This document shows, piece by piece, positions 47,192-56,154 of a stretch of 64,000 nucleotides of DNA; within the stretch, counting starts at the first letter, position 1; every line of letters starts with the position of its first letter. Position numbers and translations under genes: made by a program. Source of the DNA: Clostridia bacterium (lineage in GTDB: Bacteria > Bacillota > Clostridia > Oscillospirales > CAG-272). The stretch spans positions 26,956-90,955 of the forward strand of contig JAFVQW010000030.1 in NCBI GenBank assembly GCA_017504605.1, read 5' to 3'. The notes under the pieces are model-generated. The model ran no database searches, was not told the origin of the DNA, and saw nothing but the letters and a program-made list of their open reading frames with translations.

Positions 47192-47262
47192 ATGTACCTC
47201 GCTTTATAATATAGTATTTAAGAAGTAACTGTTTTATTTATTTATCATAGTATAATATAAGG

Positions 47263-47370
47263 ATTAACCGGCGGCGCGGGTGGGGCAGACATTAAAGGAA
47301 AAGACGTGTACTACCAACCCTCATTCGAGCCGCCGAGGTCCGATGCCCGAGTATTCGGGCCTTTTTATTT
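47263..47370 (+). ncRNA. Candidate small RNA of unknown family (about 105 nt)
   Basis: TATAAT at 47251-47256. A long imperfect helix (47269-47285 with 47319-47335) is followed by GCCCGA-GTAT-TCGGGC plus CTTTTTATTT on the plus strand. No plus-strand CDS lies nearby. Confidence 0.35.
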
Positions 47371-47847
47371 ACGTTCAACAAGCGCCACCGCGTGCGCGGC
47401 AATCCCCTCGCCAAGCCCCGTAAAGCCGAGGCCCTCCTCGGTCGTCGCCTTAACGCTTACGCAGTCCTTGTCAATTCCGAGAGCAAATGCGATATTTTCC
47501 CTCATTTTCTCTATAAACGGTGCAATTTTCGGCATCTGTAAAATAACCGTCGCATCGATATTTACTACCGTCGCACCGTGCTCGGCAAGAAGCTCCGCAA
47601 CCGATGCAAGAAGGTGCACGCTCGATGCTCCCTTATATTTTTCATCGGTGTCGGGAAAGTGCTTCCCTATATCACCGAGCGCCACGGCGCCAAGAAGCGC
47701 GTCGGCTATCGCGTGAAGGAGAACGTCGGCATCGGAATGGCCGAGAAGGCCGAGATGAAAAGGAATCTCCGCTCCACCGAGAATCAGCTTACGCTCGGGG
47801 ACAAGCCTGTGCACGTCGTATCCGTGACCTATTCTGAAGCTACACAT
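47365..47847 (-). CDS. ispF: 2-C-methyl-D-erythritol 2,4-cyclodiphosphate synthase
   Basis: [23 protein letters not shown], 160 aa. Confidence 0.95.
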   Translation of the reverse strand: MCSFRIGHGYDVHRLVPERKLILGGAEIPFHLGLLGHSDADVLLHAIADALLGAVALGDIGKHFPDTDEKYKGASSVHLLASVAELLAEHGATVVNIDATVILQMPKIAPFIEKMRENIAFALGIDKDCVSVKATTEEGLGFTGLGEGIAAHAVALVERK

Positions 47848-48538
47848 CTTTCTTCCTCCCTATCAAATACTCAGCGTATTCAAGGTCCGTGGCGGTTGTA
47901 ATTTTAATATTTTCGCTATCCGTCTCTACACAGCGTATTTTGCCGCCTATGCGCTCAATCTGCATATTGTCGTCGGTATCACTCTCGGTATCACAGAGAA
48001 GCGAAGCGGCGTAGAGCTCGCGTGAAAACACCTGCGGCGTCGCCGCAAGAAAGAGCTCGGTGCGCGGCAGTGTCTCGGAAATCACACCGTCCTTATTCAT
48101 ACGCTTAACCGTATCGGTGACGGCTCTGCCCGCGGTCGCGGCACCGAATTCGGCGGCGGCCGAGATTACCGCGGCTATATCGGCGGCACTGATAAGCGGG
48201 CGCGCTCCGTCGTGAAATGCGACGAAATCGGTATCAAGAGGTGCCGCGAGAAAGCCGAGGCGTGCCGATTCTGCGCGGGTTTTACCTCCCGCTACGATAT
48301 TTACGGGCTTCTCATCAAGGCCCAAAAGGAGCTCGCGTGTCCTCCGAACGTCCTCCTCGGCGGTAACAATCACTATATCCGAGACAGCCTCACAGGAAAC
48401 AAAGGCCTCGACAGCACGCCGAATTACAGGTATGCCCGAAAGCATCAAAAACTGCTTTTTCTCGGAAAGACCCATACGGCGGCCGTCGCCCGCCGCAAGA
48501 ATTATGGCCGTAACCCTTTTCTGCATTTTTCCCATCAC
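47840..48538 (-). CDS. ispD: 2-C-methyl-D-erythritol 4-phosphate cytidylyltransferase
   Basis: [13 protein letters not shown] motif. Overlaps the ispF start. Confidence 0.92.
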   Translation of the reverse strand: MMGKMQKRVTAIILAAGDGRRMGLSEKKQFLMLSGIPVIRRAVEAFVSCEAVSDIVIVTAEEDVRRTRELLLGLDEKPVNIVAGGKTRAESARLGFLAAPLDTDFVAFHDGARPLISAADIAAVISAAAEFGAATAGRAVTDTVKRMNKDGVISETLPRTELFLAATPQVFSRELYAASLLCDTESDTDDNMQIERIGGKIRCVETDSENIKITTATDLEYAEYLIGRKKDV

Positions 48539-48873
48539 TTTCTGTAATAAACAAAATGAACGGTTATCCTACGCAGCTTACCGCCCTCGAGCATATTCGG
48601 CCCGCTGATGATAACGCCGTCGCCGCTCATAAGCATACTCGTATCAAGATTTTTTATCTCGCAAACGAAGAGACGCTCGCCCGAGCTGTCAACGATGAAG
48701 GTGTCGCCGTGCACGGCAAGGGAGCCGCCACGCCCTATCACGTCCTCGTTACCGTCTCTGTGCTCGGTGACGTATTTTACCGCCTCGCCGTGAAGCTCCT
48801 CGGCACGCCGCCGTCTGTATGCGTACGTACCCGGCTTCTCTCCTATGCGAAGGATTTTACTGAAGAAGGACAT
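48535..48873 (-). CDS. Hypothetical protein (112 aa)
   Basis: Its end overlaps the ispD start by 4 nt (translational coupling). No family recognised. Confidence 0.5.
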   Translation of the reverse strand: MSFFSKILRIGEKPGTYAYRRRRAEELHGEAVKYVTEHRDGNEDVIGRGGSLAVHGDTFIVDSSGERLFVCEIKNLDTSMLMSGDGVIISGPNMLEGGKLRRITVHFVYYRK

Positions 48874-48998
48874 TTCATTCCCCTTTCGTTTTCTCTGTTA
48901 TATTTTAGCACATTTTATCTCTAAATGGAAGATGTTTTGCAATTTTCTTTCCTGTAAAGCGAATTTTTAAATTTTTTTAAACTTTTTTTCAAAAAACT

Positions 48999-49027
48999 AT
49001 TGATTTTTACCAAAAATAGTATTATAA
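48999..49027 (+). promoter_or_regulatory. dcw cluster promoter (Pmra)
   Basis: TTGATT (48999-49004), 17-nt spacer, TATAAT (49022-49027). Preceded by an A/T-rich UP-like region. Confidence 0.7.
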
Positions 49028-49033
49028 TGATAA

Positions 49034-49059
49034 CAAAGTGGGGCAAAGTGGTGAAAAGT
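49034..49059 (+). promoter_or_regulatory. Three phased MraZ-box-like repeats
   Basis: AAAGTG at 49034, 49044 and 49054 (exact 10-bp phasing), immediately downstream of the -10. Confidence 0.6.
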
Positions 49060-49131
49060 GAGTATTTTTCCCATTAAGAAGCCTGTTTCACCTGCTTTTT
49101 AGCTCAAAATCTCTTGAAGGAGGTAGCGGAT

Positions 49132-49554
49132 ATGTCGTTTGTCGGCTCATATACACATTCGATGGACTCCAAAAAAAGAGTATTCGTCCCCTCCAAATTC
49201 AGAGAGGAGCTTGGAGACGAGTTCTATATCACGAGAAAGTTCGACGTTTATCTCTCGGTATACACCGCAGAGGACTGGGCTGCTTACGTTGAGAAGCTCG
49301 AGCGCCTTCCCGAAACAGATGCGGTCGAAATCCAGGACTACATTCTCGGCGCGGCGCAGAAATGCGTTCCCGATGCAAGCGGAAGAATTATTCTCGATGA
49401 CAAGCTGATAAATCACGCGAAGATAGATAAAAGCATCGTTTTCGTCGGTGCGGGGCGCCAGATACGGCTTTGGGCCGAGGAGGAGCGAAACGCTCGCGAG
49501 AAGGCCGTCAACTTCGACGAAATGCGCGAGAAGATGCGCGCATACGGACTTTAA
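49132..49554 (+). CDS. mraZ: Transcriptional regulator MraZ
   Basis: MSFVGSYTHSMDSKKRVFVPSKFR and a second DxxGR repeat (DASGRIIL). GAAGGAGG RBS. Confidence 0.93.
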   Translation: MSFVGSYTHSMDSKKRVFVPSKFREELGDEFYITRKFDVYLSVYTAEDWAAYVEKLERLPETDAVEIQDYILGAAQKCVPDASGRIILDDKLINHAKIDKSIVFVGAGRQIRLWAEEERNAREKAVNFDEMREKMRAYGL

Positions 49555-49578
49555 GTCGCAATCGGGAGGAAAAGAATT

Positions 49579-50523
49579 ATGTCAACGCTTCCCTTTTCGC
49601 ACAAATCCGTGCTTCTTTTCGAATGTATAGAGGCTCTTAACATAAGAGACGGCTACACCTACATAGATGCAACGGCAGGCGGTGGAGGACACTCCCTCGA
49701 AATTGCAAGGCGTATGGGAGAGGGCTCTCGCCTTGTATGCTTCGACAGAGATAAAAACGCAATTGCCGCGGCAACGAAGAGACTCGAGGGCTATCTCGAC
49801 AGAGTAACCTTCGTTAACGAGAACTTCTCTTCTCTTGACGAGATTGTCAGAGAGCTTAAAATTACCAATCTCGGCGGCGTGCTCGCCGACCTCGGCTGCA
49901 GCTCTCACCAGTTTGACGAGCCCGAGCGCGGCTTCAGCTATATGCACGATGCTCCGATAGATATGCGTATGAGCACCGATGCTCCCCTATCGGCATACAA
50001 CGTAGTCAACGAATACGCAGAAAGCGACCTCAAGCGAATACTCTATGAGTACGGAGAGGAAAAATTCGCTCCGAGAATTGCCTCTGCAATATGCAGAAGA
50101 CGTGCGGAAAGCCCAATTCGGACAACCCTTGAGCTATCCGATATAATCAAATCGGCAATTCCCGCTCAGGCAAGACAGGACGGGCCTCACCCCGCGAAGC
50201 GCAGCTTCCAAGCAATCAGAATTGAGGTCAACGGCGAGCTTGATGCTATAAAACCGCTGATAGATGCCGCCGAGAGAAATCTCGTCAAGGGCGGCAGAAT
50301 TGCCATTATATCCTTCCATTCCCTCGAGGACCGTATAGTCAAGGAGTGCTACAAGGAGCACGCAAGAGGCTGTACCTGCCCTCACGACTTCCCCGTTTGT
50401 GTATGCGGCAAGCGCCCGACGCTAAAGGAAATCTCAAAAAAACCAATTCTTCCCTCGGAGGACGAGCTTGTCGAAAATCCGCGTTCGAGAAGCGCAAAGC
50501 TCAGAATAGCGGAAAAACTTTAA
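49579..50523 (+). CDS. rsmH: 16S rRNA (cytosine1402-N4)-methyltransferase
   Basis: HKSVLL.E..., DATAGGGGHS, DLGCSSHQFD, ISFHSLEDR. Confidence 0.95.
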   Translation: MSTLPFSHKSVLLFECIEALNIRDGYTYIDATAGGGGHSLEIARRMGEGSRLVCFDRDKNAIAAATKRLEGYLDRVTFVNENFSSLDEIVRELKITNLGGVLADLGCSSHQFDEPERGFSYMHDAPIDMRMSTDAPLSAYNVVNEYAESDLKRILYEYGEEKFAPRIASAICRRRAESPIRTTLELSDIIKSAIPAQARQDGPHPAKRSFQAIRIEVNGELDAIKPLIDAAERNLVKGGRIAIISFHSLEDRIVKECYKEHARGCTCPHDFPVCVCGKRPTLKEISKKPILPSEDELVENPRSRSAKLRIAEKL

Positions 50524-50546
50524 AAAATTCAAGGAGATTAACGAAA

Positions 50547-50960
50547 ATGACCACCATGAACAACCCCTATGACGCGCTCTATACTAATCTCAAGAATAGA
50601 CTTACAGTAGTTTCGGACGGTGCCGAGTACACCGTCGGAGAATATATGCTTATGAAGGCAGGCGAGGCAGGCACTGCGAGCCTTCCCTCCACCAGAATTG
50701 AGAATGGCGGCGGTGCTATCGTTGCCGTAGTAAATTACGTGAACGAGAGGCTCACCGTTAAGGCTCCTCCTATTAAGGACAGAACTATCAAGCGCTTCCC
50801 CCTTCGCACCTCCTTCTCTGCTCTGCTCTCGGCCGTTGCCGCAGCGGTGCTTATGGTTTCCTGCTGCATTTATGCTGTAGCCGGTGCATCCGACAGTGCG
50901 GTTCCCTATACCGTCGAGAACCCCGAAACCGTCGAGGCAGAGGCAGAAATAACGAAGTAA
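50547..50960 (+). CDS. Hypothetical single-pass membrane protein occupying the ftsL position
   Basis: AAGGAGA RBS. 137 aa with one TM segment near the C-terminus (residues about 95-118). No FtsL-like coiled coil seen after the TM. Confidence 0.5.
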   Translation: MTTMNNPYDALYTNLKNRLTVVSDGAEYTVGEYMLMKAGEAGTASLPSTRIENGGGAIVAVVNYVNERLTVKAPPIKDRTIKRFPLRTSFSALLSAVAAAVLMVSCCIYAVAGASDSAVPYTVENPETVEAEAEITK

Positions 50961-51004
50961 CCTTTTCTTCTTTTCCTCATAAAATATTATATGGCGCATA
51001 TTAT

Positions 51005-51045
51005 ATAGCGATAGCCCCTTCGGCTGTCGCTATATTTTTTTATTT
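51005..51045 (+). terminator. Intrinsic terminator-like hairpin inside the dcw cluster
   Basis: ATAGCGATAGCC-N5-GGCTGTCGCTAT (one G-U pair) followed by ATTTTTTTATTT, 10 nt before the PBP start. Confidence 0.65.
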
Positions 51046-51055
51046 ATAAGGAAAG

Positions 51056-53308
51056 ATGATGAAAAGCAGTACAATAGATACGAAAATGAGAACCGGGCGA
51101 CGGGCCGTCACGGTGCTTGTCGCCTTTTGTGTTTTTGCGGCGTTTTTAATTGTTAATATCTTTTCTCTCGCCGTACTGAAATACGATTATTACAGAGCTC
51201 GGGCGAACGAGCAGCTTACAACGGCTTCTAAAATGCGTGCCGAGCGCGGCAGTATTTACGATGCTAACATGAATTTACTCGCCTCGACCAAGACCTCATG
51301 GCGGGTTTTCGTATCAACAAGAGAGATAAAATCCTACACGAAAAAGGACGGACGGCCGTATAACGAGATTATCGCGAGAGGACTGTCGGATATTTTCTCG
51401 CTCGACTACGGCACGCTTCTCAAAAAAATAAGCAATTCAAGCCAGCTCGACGTTACGGTCAAGGCATCGGCCACCGAGGAGGAATACAGGCGGGTTCTTG
51501 AATTTATCGAAAGATCCTCGCTCGAGAGCTTGGTTTTTACGGAGGCTCAGGCATCGAGAGTTTACCCCGCCGCGACACTCGCCGCGCACGTGCTCGGCTT
51601 CACGGGGAGCGACAATCAGGGGCTTTTCGGGCTCGAGTATTACTATGATAAAACCCTCGCTGGCAAGGACGGCTATTACCTATATGCAAAGGATGCAAAC
51701 GGAAACGCTATGCCCGGCGAGTACACCACGCAAATCCCCGCTGAGGACGGATACAGCCTCGTAACCACGCTCGACAGCTACATACAAAGCGAGCTCGAGG
51801 GTCAGCTCGAGCAAATTAGAGTTAATCACACCGTTACGAACCGCGTAACAGGTATAGTTATGGACACGAGAACGGGGGCCATTCTCGCTATGGCAACCTC
51901 CTCACCCTTTGACCCGAACGACCCGTTTACGCTTGACCCCGTTTCCGCAGAGCTACTCGCGGGGAGCGGATTTAGCGAGGGGAGCGAGGAATATTCCGCC
52001 CTAAAGAGCGAGCTTATGCAGAAAATGTGGTCGAACAAGGCAATATGCGAGGCATACGAGCCCGGCTCTACCTTCAAAATAGTGACGGTAAGCACCGCAC
52101 TCGACACAGGTGTTGCCGATATGTCCGACACCTTTTCCTGCCCCGGCTACCATATGGTCGGCGGCTGGCGTATAAAATGCCATAAGACCACGGGGCACGG
52201 CAGCGGCTTCTCCCTCGCGTACGGCCTTCAGATGTCCTGCAACCCTACTATGATGTGTCTTGCCGAGCGCATAGGCAGCGAGAAGTTCTACGAGTACGTC
52301 GGTAGGTTCGGCTATTTCGAGAAAAGCGGTATAGACCTGCCGGGTGAGGCAACGACAATCTTCCACGAGGAAGAAAATATCGGCTCAACCGAGCTCGCTA
52401 CGGCCTCCTTCGGCCAGCGCTTCAAGGTATCTGTCATATCACAGCTCACAGCGGTTGCCGCCGTTGCAAACGGCGGTGTCCTCGTCACCCCCTACCTCGT
52501 ACAAAGGGTGATAGACAAGGACGGCAGGGTCATAAGCGAGCACGAGGTAGCGGAGCGCCGTCAGGTAATCTCACCCGAGGTGGCAAAAGAGGTAGCGCGA
52601 GTTCTCGAGGAGGGGGTCAGCGGAGACGGCGGTGCAAAGAACGCCTACGTCGACGGATATAAGGTAGCGGCGAAAACGGGAACGTCACAGAAGTTTGATA
52701 TTCTTGACGAAAACGGAAATTCCTATCTTCGCATAGGCTCTACAGTCGCATTCGCGCCCTCAGACCTCGGCGGCGTTGCCGTGATTATAGTCGTTGACGA
52801 GCCGCAGTCACAGGTAAAATACGGCTCCACCGTCGCCGCCCCTTACGTTTCGGCCCTCCTAACGAAGATACTTCCCTATATGGAGTACGCCTCGTCAAAG
52901 GAGAGTGACGTCGTAAGTGTCGGTGACTACGTAGGAATGAACGTAAAATCCGCAAAGGACACTCTTGAGGGGAGCGGAATTTCCTACAAGATAATCGGGG
53001 ACGGCGAGGTAGTGCTCTCGCAAAGCCCGAGCCCGAGCATAGATATAAGCAGGAGCGCCTCGGTAGTAATACTCTACACCACAGAGGACGGCGGCGATAG
53101 CGTGACAGTACCTAATCTCTTGGGAATGACACTCAGCGAGGCAAACCGTGCCGCGGCGACTGCGGGCCTCAACCTATGTATACTCGGCATCAGCAATCGC
53201 GAGGGTGATAATATTCGTGTAACCGAGCAATCACTCCCACCGGGATACGTTGCCGTGCGCGGTGAGGTAATAAAAATACGAATTCTGGGATTAGATTTTG
53301 AGGATTAG
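51056..53308 (+). CDS. Class B penicillin-binding protein (FtsI/SpoVD-like) with two C-terminal PASTA domains
   Basis: N-terminal TM, dimerisation domain, transpeptidase motifs STFK, SCN and KTGT. Two PASTA-like repeats at the C-terminus. Confidence 0.9.
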   Translation: MMKSSTIDTKMRTGRRAVTVLVAFCVFAAFLIVNIFSLAVLKYDYYRARANEQLTTASKMRAERGSIYDANMNLLASTKTSWRVFVSTREIKSYTKKDGRPYNEIIARGLSDIFSLDYGTLLKKISNSSQLDVTVKASATEEEYRRVLEFIERSSLESLVFTEAQASRVYPAATLAAHVLGFTGSDNQGLFGLEYYYDKTLAGKDGYYLYAKDANGNAMPGEYTTQIPAEDGYSLVTTLDSYIQSELEGQLEQIRVNHTVTNRVTGIVMDTRTGAILAMATSSPFDPNDPFTLDPVSAELLAGSGFSEGSEEYSALKSELMQKMWSNKAICEAYEPGSTFKIVTVSTALDTGVADMSDTFSCPGYHMVGGWRIKCHKTTGHGSGFSLAYGLQMSCNPTMMCLAERIGSEKFYEYVGRFGYFEKSGIDLPGEATTIFHEEENIGSTELATASFGQRFKVSVISQLTAVAAVANGGVLVTPYLVQRVIDKDGRVISEHEVAERRQVISPEVAKEVARVLEEGVSGDGGAKNAYVDGYKVAAKTGTSQKFDILDENGNSYLRIGSTVAFAPSDLGGVAVIIVVDEPQSQVKYGSTVAAPYVSALLTKILPYMEYASSKESDVVSVGDYVGMNVKSAKDTLEGSGISYKIIGDGEVVLSQSPSPSIDISRSASVVILYTTEDGGDSVTVPNLLGMTLSEANRAAATAGLNLCILGISNREGDNIRVTEQSLPPGYVAVRGEVIKIRILGLDFED

Positions 53309-53314
53309 CGAAAA

Positions 53315-54775
53315 ATGAAAGTATATGATTTAATAAAAGCAGACGAAATAATTTCGGTTAACGGAAAATTAGACGGTGATATTGGAATTTTCCCTACCTC
53401 TAATATTAATAATAAGGAAGAAAACGCTCTCGTCTTCGTCCTGCCGCGTGCTATGGGAGAAAACAAAGAGGTAAAAATCGATGCGGCATACGCCGTCGTA
53501 TGCGAAAATAATCAAAGGGTTATATCCGGCGCGCCGATTATTCACGTCGAGTCGGCTCGGGCGGCGTTTGCGAGGGCTACGTCGCGCTTCGAAAAAATTG
53601 ATTACGGCTCGCTTACCATTATTGGCGTTACCGGCACTAACGGAAAAACGACAACGGCAACACTCTTATATGAAATTCTACTTGCGGCAGGTAAGCCCGT
53701 CGGCTTTATCGGCACGGGAAAAATTCTGATATCGGGTACAGACGAAGGCGGCGAGGGATATTCCATGACCACTCCCGACCCCGAGTGCTTATATCCTGTT
53801 CTCGCGAGAATGCAGTCGCGCGGGGTAAAATACGTCGTTATGGAGGTGTCGAGCCACGCGATAGCTCTCGGTAAGGTGTCGCCTATTCCCTTCAAGTGCT
53901 GCATATTTACTAATCTCTCACCCGAGCATATGGATTTCCACTCGGATATGGAGAGCTATTTTGAGGTCAAGTCAAGGCTCTTCGAGCTAAGCGAGATGGC
54001 GGTTATCAATCTTGACGACCCATATGGCAGACGGCTCTATTCATCATTCCCGAGGGAGAGGCTCGGGGTAGGAATAGTCCACGAGGGTGACGCTCGCGCG
54101 AGCGATATTATTTCTATAGGTCTCTCGGGGAGTAGCTATATTTTCAGGTACGGCACGCTCTCCTTCTCCGTGAAGCTCCCGCTTCCCGGAGACTTCAATA
54201 TATACAACTCAGCTCTCGCCCTCGCGGCGGCGCTATCGCTCGGTATCAAGCCCTGCATAGCGAGAGCCGCGATATGCGCAACCCCGGGAATTGACGGCAG
54301 AATGGAGATAATAAACGGCTCAGTTACGGCAATAATAGATTATGCACACACTCCTCGCGCTATGGAAAACGCACTAAAAACCGTGAAAAAAGCATTAAAA
54401 CCAAAGCAGAGATTGTTTTGTGTCTTTGGATGCGGTGGTGAGCGTGACCGCGAGAAGCGCTCGGCTATGGGAAATATAGCTACCGAGCTCTCTGATTTCA
54501 CCTTTATCACAGAGGACAACAGCCGCGGCGAGCCCTTTAACGATATTCTGTCCGATATCGAAAAAGGAATAGACCGCAGGTCGTCCTACACCGTTATAGA
54601 AAGGCGTGAGGAGGCAATATTCGCGGCAATAACGAGGGCGGACGTGGGTGATGCGGTTCTCATTATCGGAAAGGGTCACGAAAGATATATAATTGACGGT
54701 GCGGGTAGGCGCCCCTTTGACGAGCGCCTTATAATAAAGAGCGCACTCGCAGTAAGGGAGGGAGAAAGTAAATGA
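53315..54775 (+). CDS. murE: UDP-N-acetylmuramoyl-L-alanyl-D-glutamate ligase MurE (third-residue specificity not determined)
   Basis: GVTGTNGKTTT P-loop and position in the dcw cluster. Carries DNSR where mDAP-type enzymes have DNPR. Confidence 0.92.
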   Translation: MKVYDLIKADEIISVNGKLDGDIGIFPTSNINNKEENALVFVLPRAMGENKEVKIDAAYAVVCENNQRVISGAPIIHVESARAAFARATSRFEKIDYGSLTIIGVTGTNGKTTTATLLYEILLAAGKPVGFIGTGKILISGTDEGGEGYSMTTPDPECLYPVLARMQSRGVKYVVMEVSSHAIALGKVSPIPFKCCIFTNLSPEHMDFHSDMESYFEVKSRLFELSEMAVINLDDPYGRRLYSSFPRERLGVGIVHEGDARASDIISIGLSGSSYIFRYGTLSFSVKLPLPGDFNIYNSALALAAALSLGIKPCIARAAICATPGIDGRMEIINGSVTAIIDYAHTPRAMENALKTVKKALKPKQRLFCVFGCGGERDREKRSAMGNIATELSDFTFITEDNSRGEPFNDILSDIEKGIDRRSSYTVIERREEAIFAAITRADVGDAVLIIGKGHERYIIDGAGRRPFDERLIIKSALAVREGESK

Positions 54776-56154
54776 GAATAAGGCTTGCCTTTCCCCTTAC
54801 GGTTAAAGATGCTTGCAGCTTTACCGATGCCCTATCCGTAGGCTATGACCTCGACACTCCGATTACGCATATTTCGACCGACACGCGAGATTTATGCTCG
54901 GGGGACCTCTTTATTGCACTTTCGGGAGAGCACTTCGACGGAAGAGAATTTACAAATGCGGCGCACAGCGTCGGTGCCGTTGTCCTTACCGACAAGGCAG
55001 AGAAAAAATGTCTCCTTGTCAAGAGCACGGCCCTTGCGCTTTTATCTCTGGCACGAGAGTACAAGCGGCTCTTCCCAAAGCTCAAGCACCGAATTGCAAT
55101 CACGGGAAGCTCGGGAAAAACCACGACGAAAAACTTTCTTCTTAAAATTCTCGGCTCCGCTATGCCTACCCACGGCACAAACGAAAATGAAAATAATACT
55201 GTAGGAGCGCCGCTTACCGTCCTCGCTATGCCTGCCGATACGGAGGCGCTCGTCATAGAGGCGGGAATGAACTCGCTCGGCGAGATTTCGAAAATTTCCA
55301 AATGCATCGAGCCAACCCTATCGGTAATAACAAACATAGGAAGCTCGCATATAGGCAGACTAGGCTCGGAGAATATGATAGTACGGGCAAAAAGCGAGAT
55401 AAAGGACGGTATGTCGGGTGGCGTAATACTCACCGAGCACGGCGAGGAGAGGCTCTCGCACCTCGAGAACAGAAAAACCGTATCGCTCGAATATGCCGAG
55501 GCGGATTATTTCCTGTTTCCCGTATCCGAGGGGCTGTCAGGCAGCAGCCTCGATTTTCACCTGCCGAGCGCTACGGTACAAAATATAAGCGTTCCCTTCT
55601 TTGGCAGACAGATAATACACTCCTTAGCCTATGCCCTCGCGGCGGCGGCAGAATGTGGACTAGGCACCGATAACCTGGCAAAGGGTGCCTCTAAAATAGA
55701 CGGAGAGTGTCTACGCTACAGAATTCTCCAAATCGATGATTTCATCGTTTTCGACGATGCATACAATGCCTCACCCGAGGCGGTGGTAGCGGCGCTCGCG
55801 CAACTAAAAACCTTCAAGGCCAACCCGAGAGGAGCGCTCCTCGGCGATATTCTCGAGCTCGGCTCAAAAACAGCGGAAATTCACAGAGAGCTCGGGGCTA
55901 TAGCCTACAGAAGCGGAATTACGCATCTCTATCTTTTCGGCGTTTATTCAACCTTCACCGCCGAGGGAGCAATTGGAGCGGGTATGGACGTCGGGTCGAT
56001 ATTTATAAACAACGATACCTCAAGGCCGGAGCTCTCGGCAAAGCAGATTTACGAAAACCACTCGACGGGTGAGGTAATCCTCTTCAAGGCCTCACATAGG
56101 ACCAATCTTGCGAGAGTAACAGAAATTTTAAGGGGACAAACACATGACGGATAA
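54772..56154 (+). CDS. murF: UDP-N-acetylmuramoyl-tripeptide--D-alanyl-D-alanine ligase
   Basis: ITGSSGKTTTK P-loop. Start overlaps the murE stop. Confidence 0.9.
   Translation: MRIRLAFPLTVKDACSFTDALSVGYDLDTPITHISTDTRDLCSGDLFIALSGEHFDGREFTNAAHSVGAVVLTDKAEKKCLLVKSTALALLSLAREYKRLFPKLKHRIAITGSSGKTTTKNFLLKILGSAMPTHGTNENENNTVGAPLTVLAMPADTEALVIEAGMNSLGEISKISKCIEPTLSVITNIGSSHIGRLGSENMIVRAKSEIKDGMSGGVILTEHGEERLSHLENRKTVSLEYAEADYFLFPVSEGLSGSSLDFHLPSATVQNISVPFFGRQIIHSLAYALAAAAECGLGTDNLAKGASKIDGECLRYRILQIDDFIVFDDAYNASPEAVVAALAQLKTFKANPRGALLGDILELGSKTAEIHRELGAIAYRSGITHLYLFGVYSTFTAEGAIGAGMDVGSIFINNDTSRPELSAKQIYENHSTGEVILFKASHRTNLARVTEILRGQTHDG

Noticed and set aside
47192-47364. The rpe-ispF spacer considered as a minus-strand riboswitch or leader for rpe.
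   Set aside because: In the minus orientation the strong hairpin lacks a following U-run, and no known riboswitch core was recognised. The signals are coherent only on the plus strand, so it is reported as an sRNA candidate instead.
50978-51005. sigma-E-like TCATAAA-N13-CATATTAT upstream of the SpoVD-like PBP.
   Set aside because: It is a partial consensus match only and lies directly upstream of, and partly within, the terminator hairpin. It is mentioned in the relevant finding but is not strong enough to annotate.
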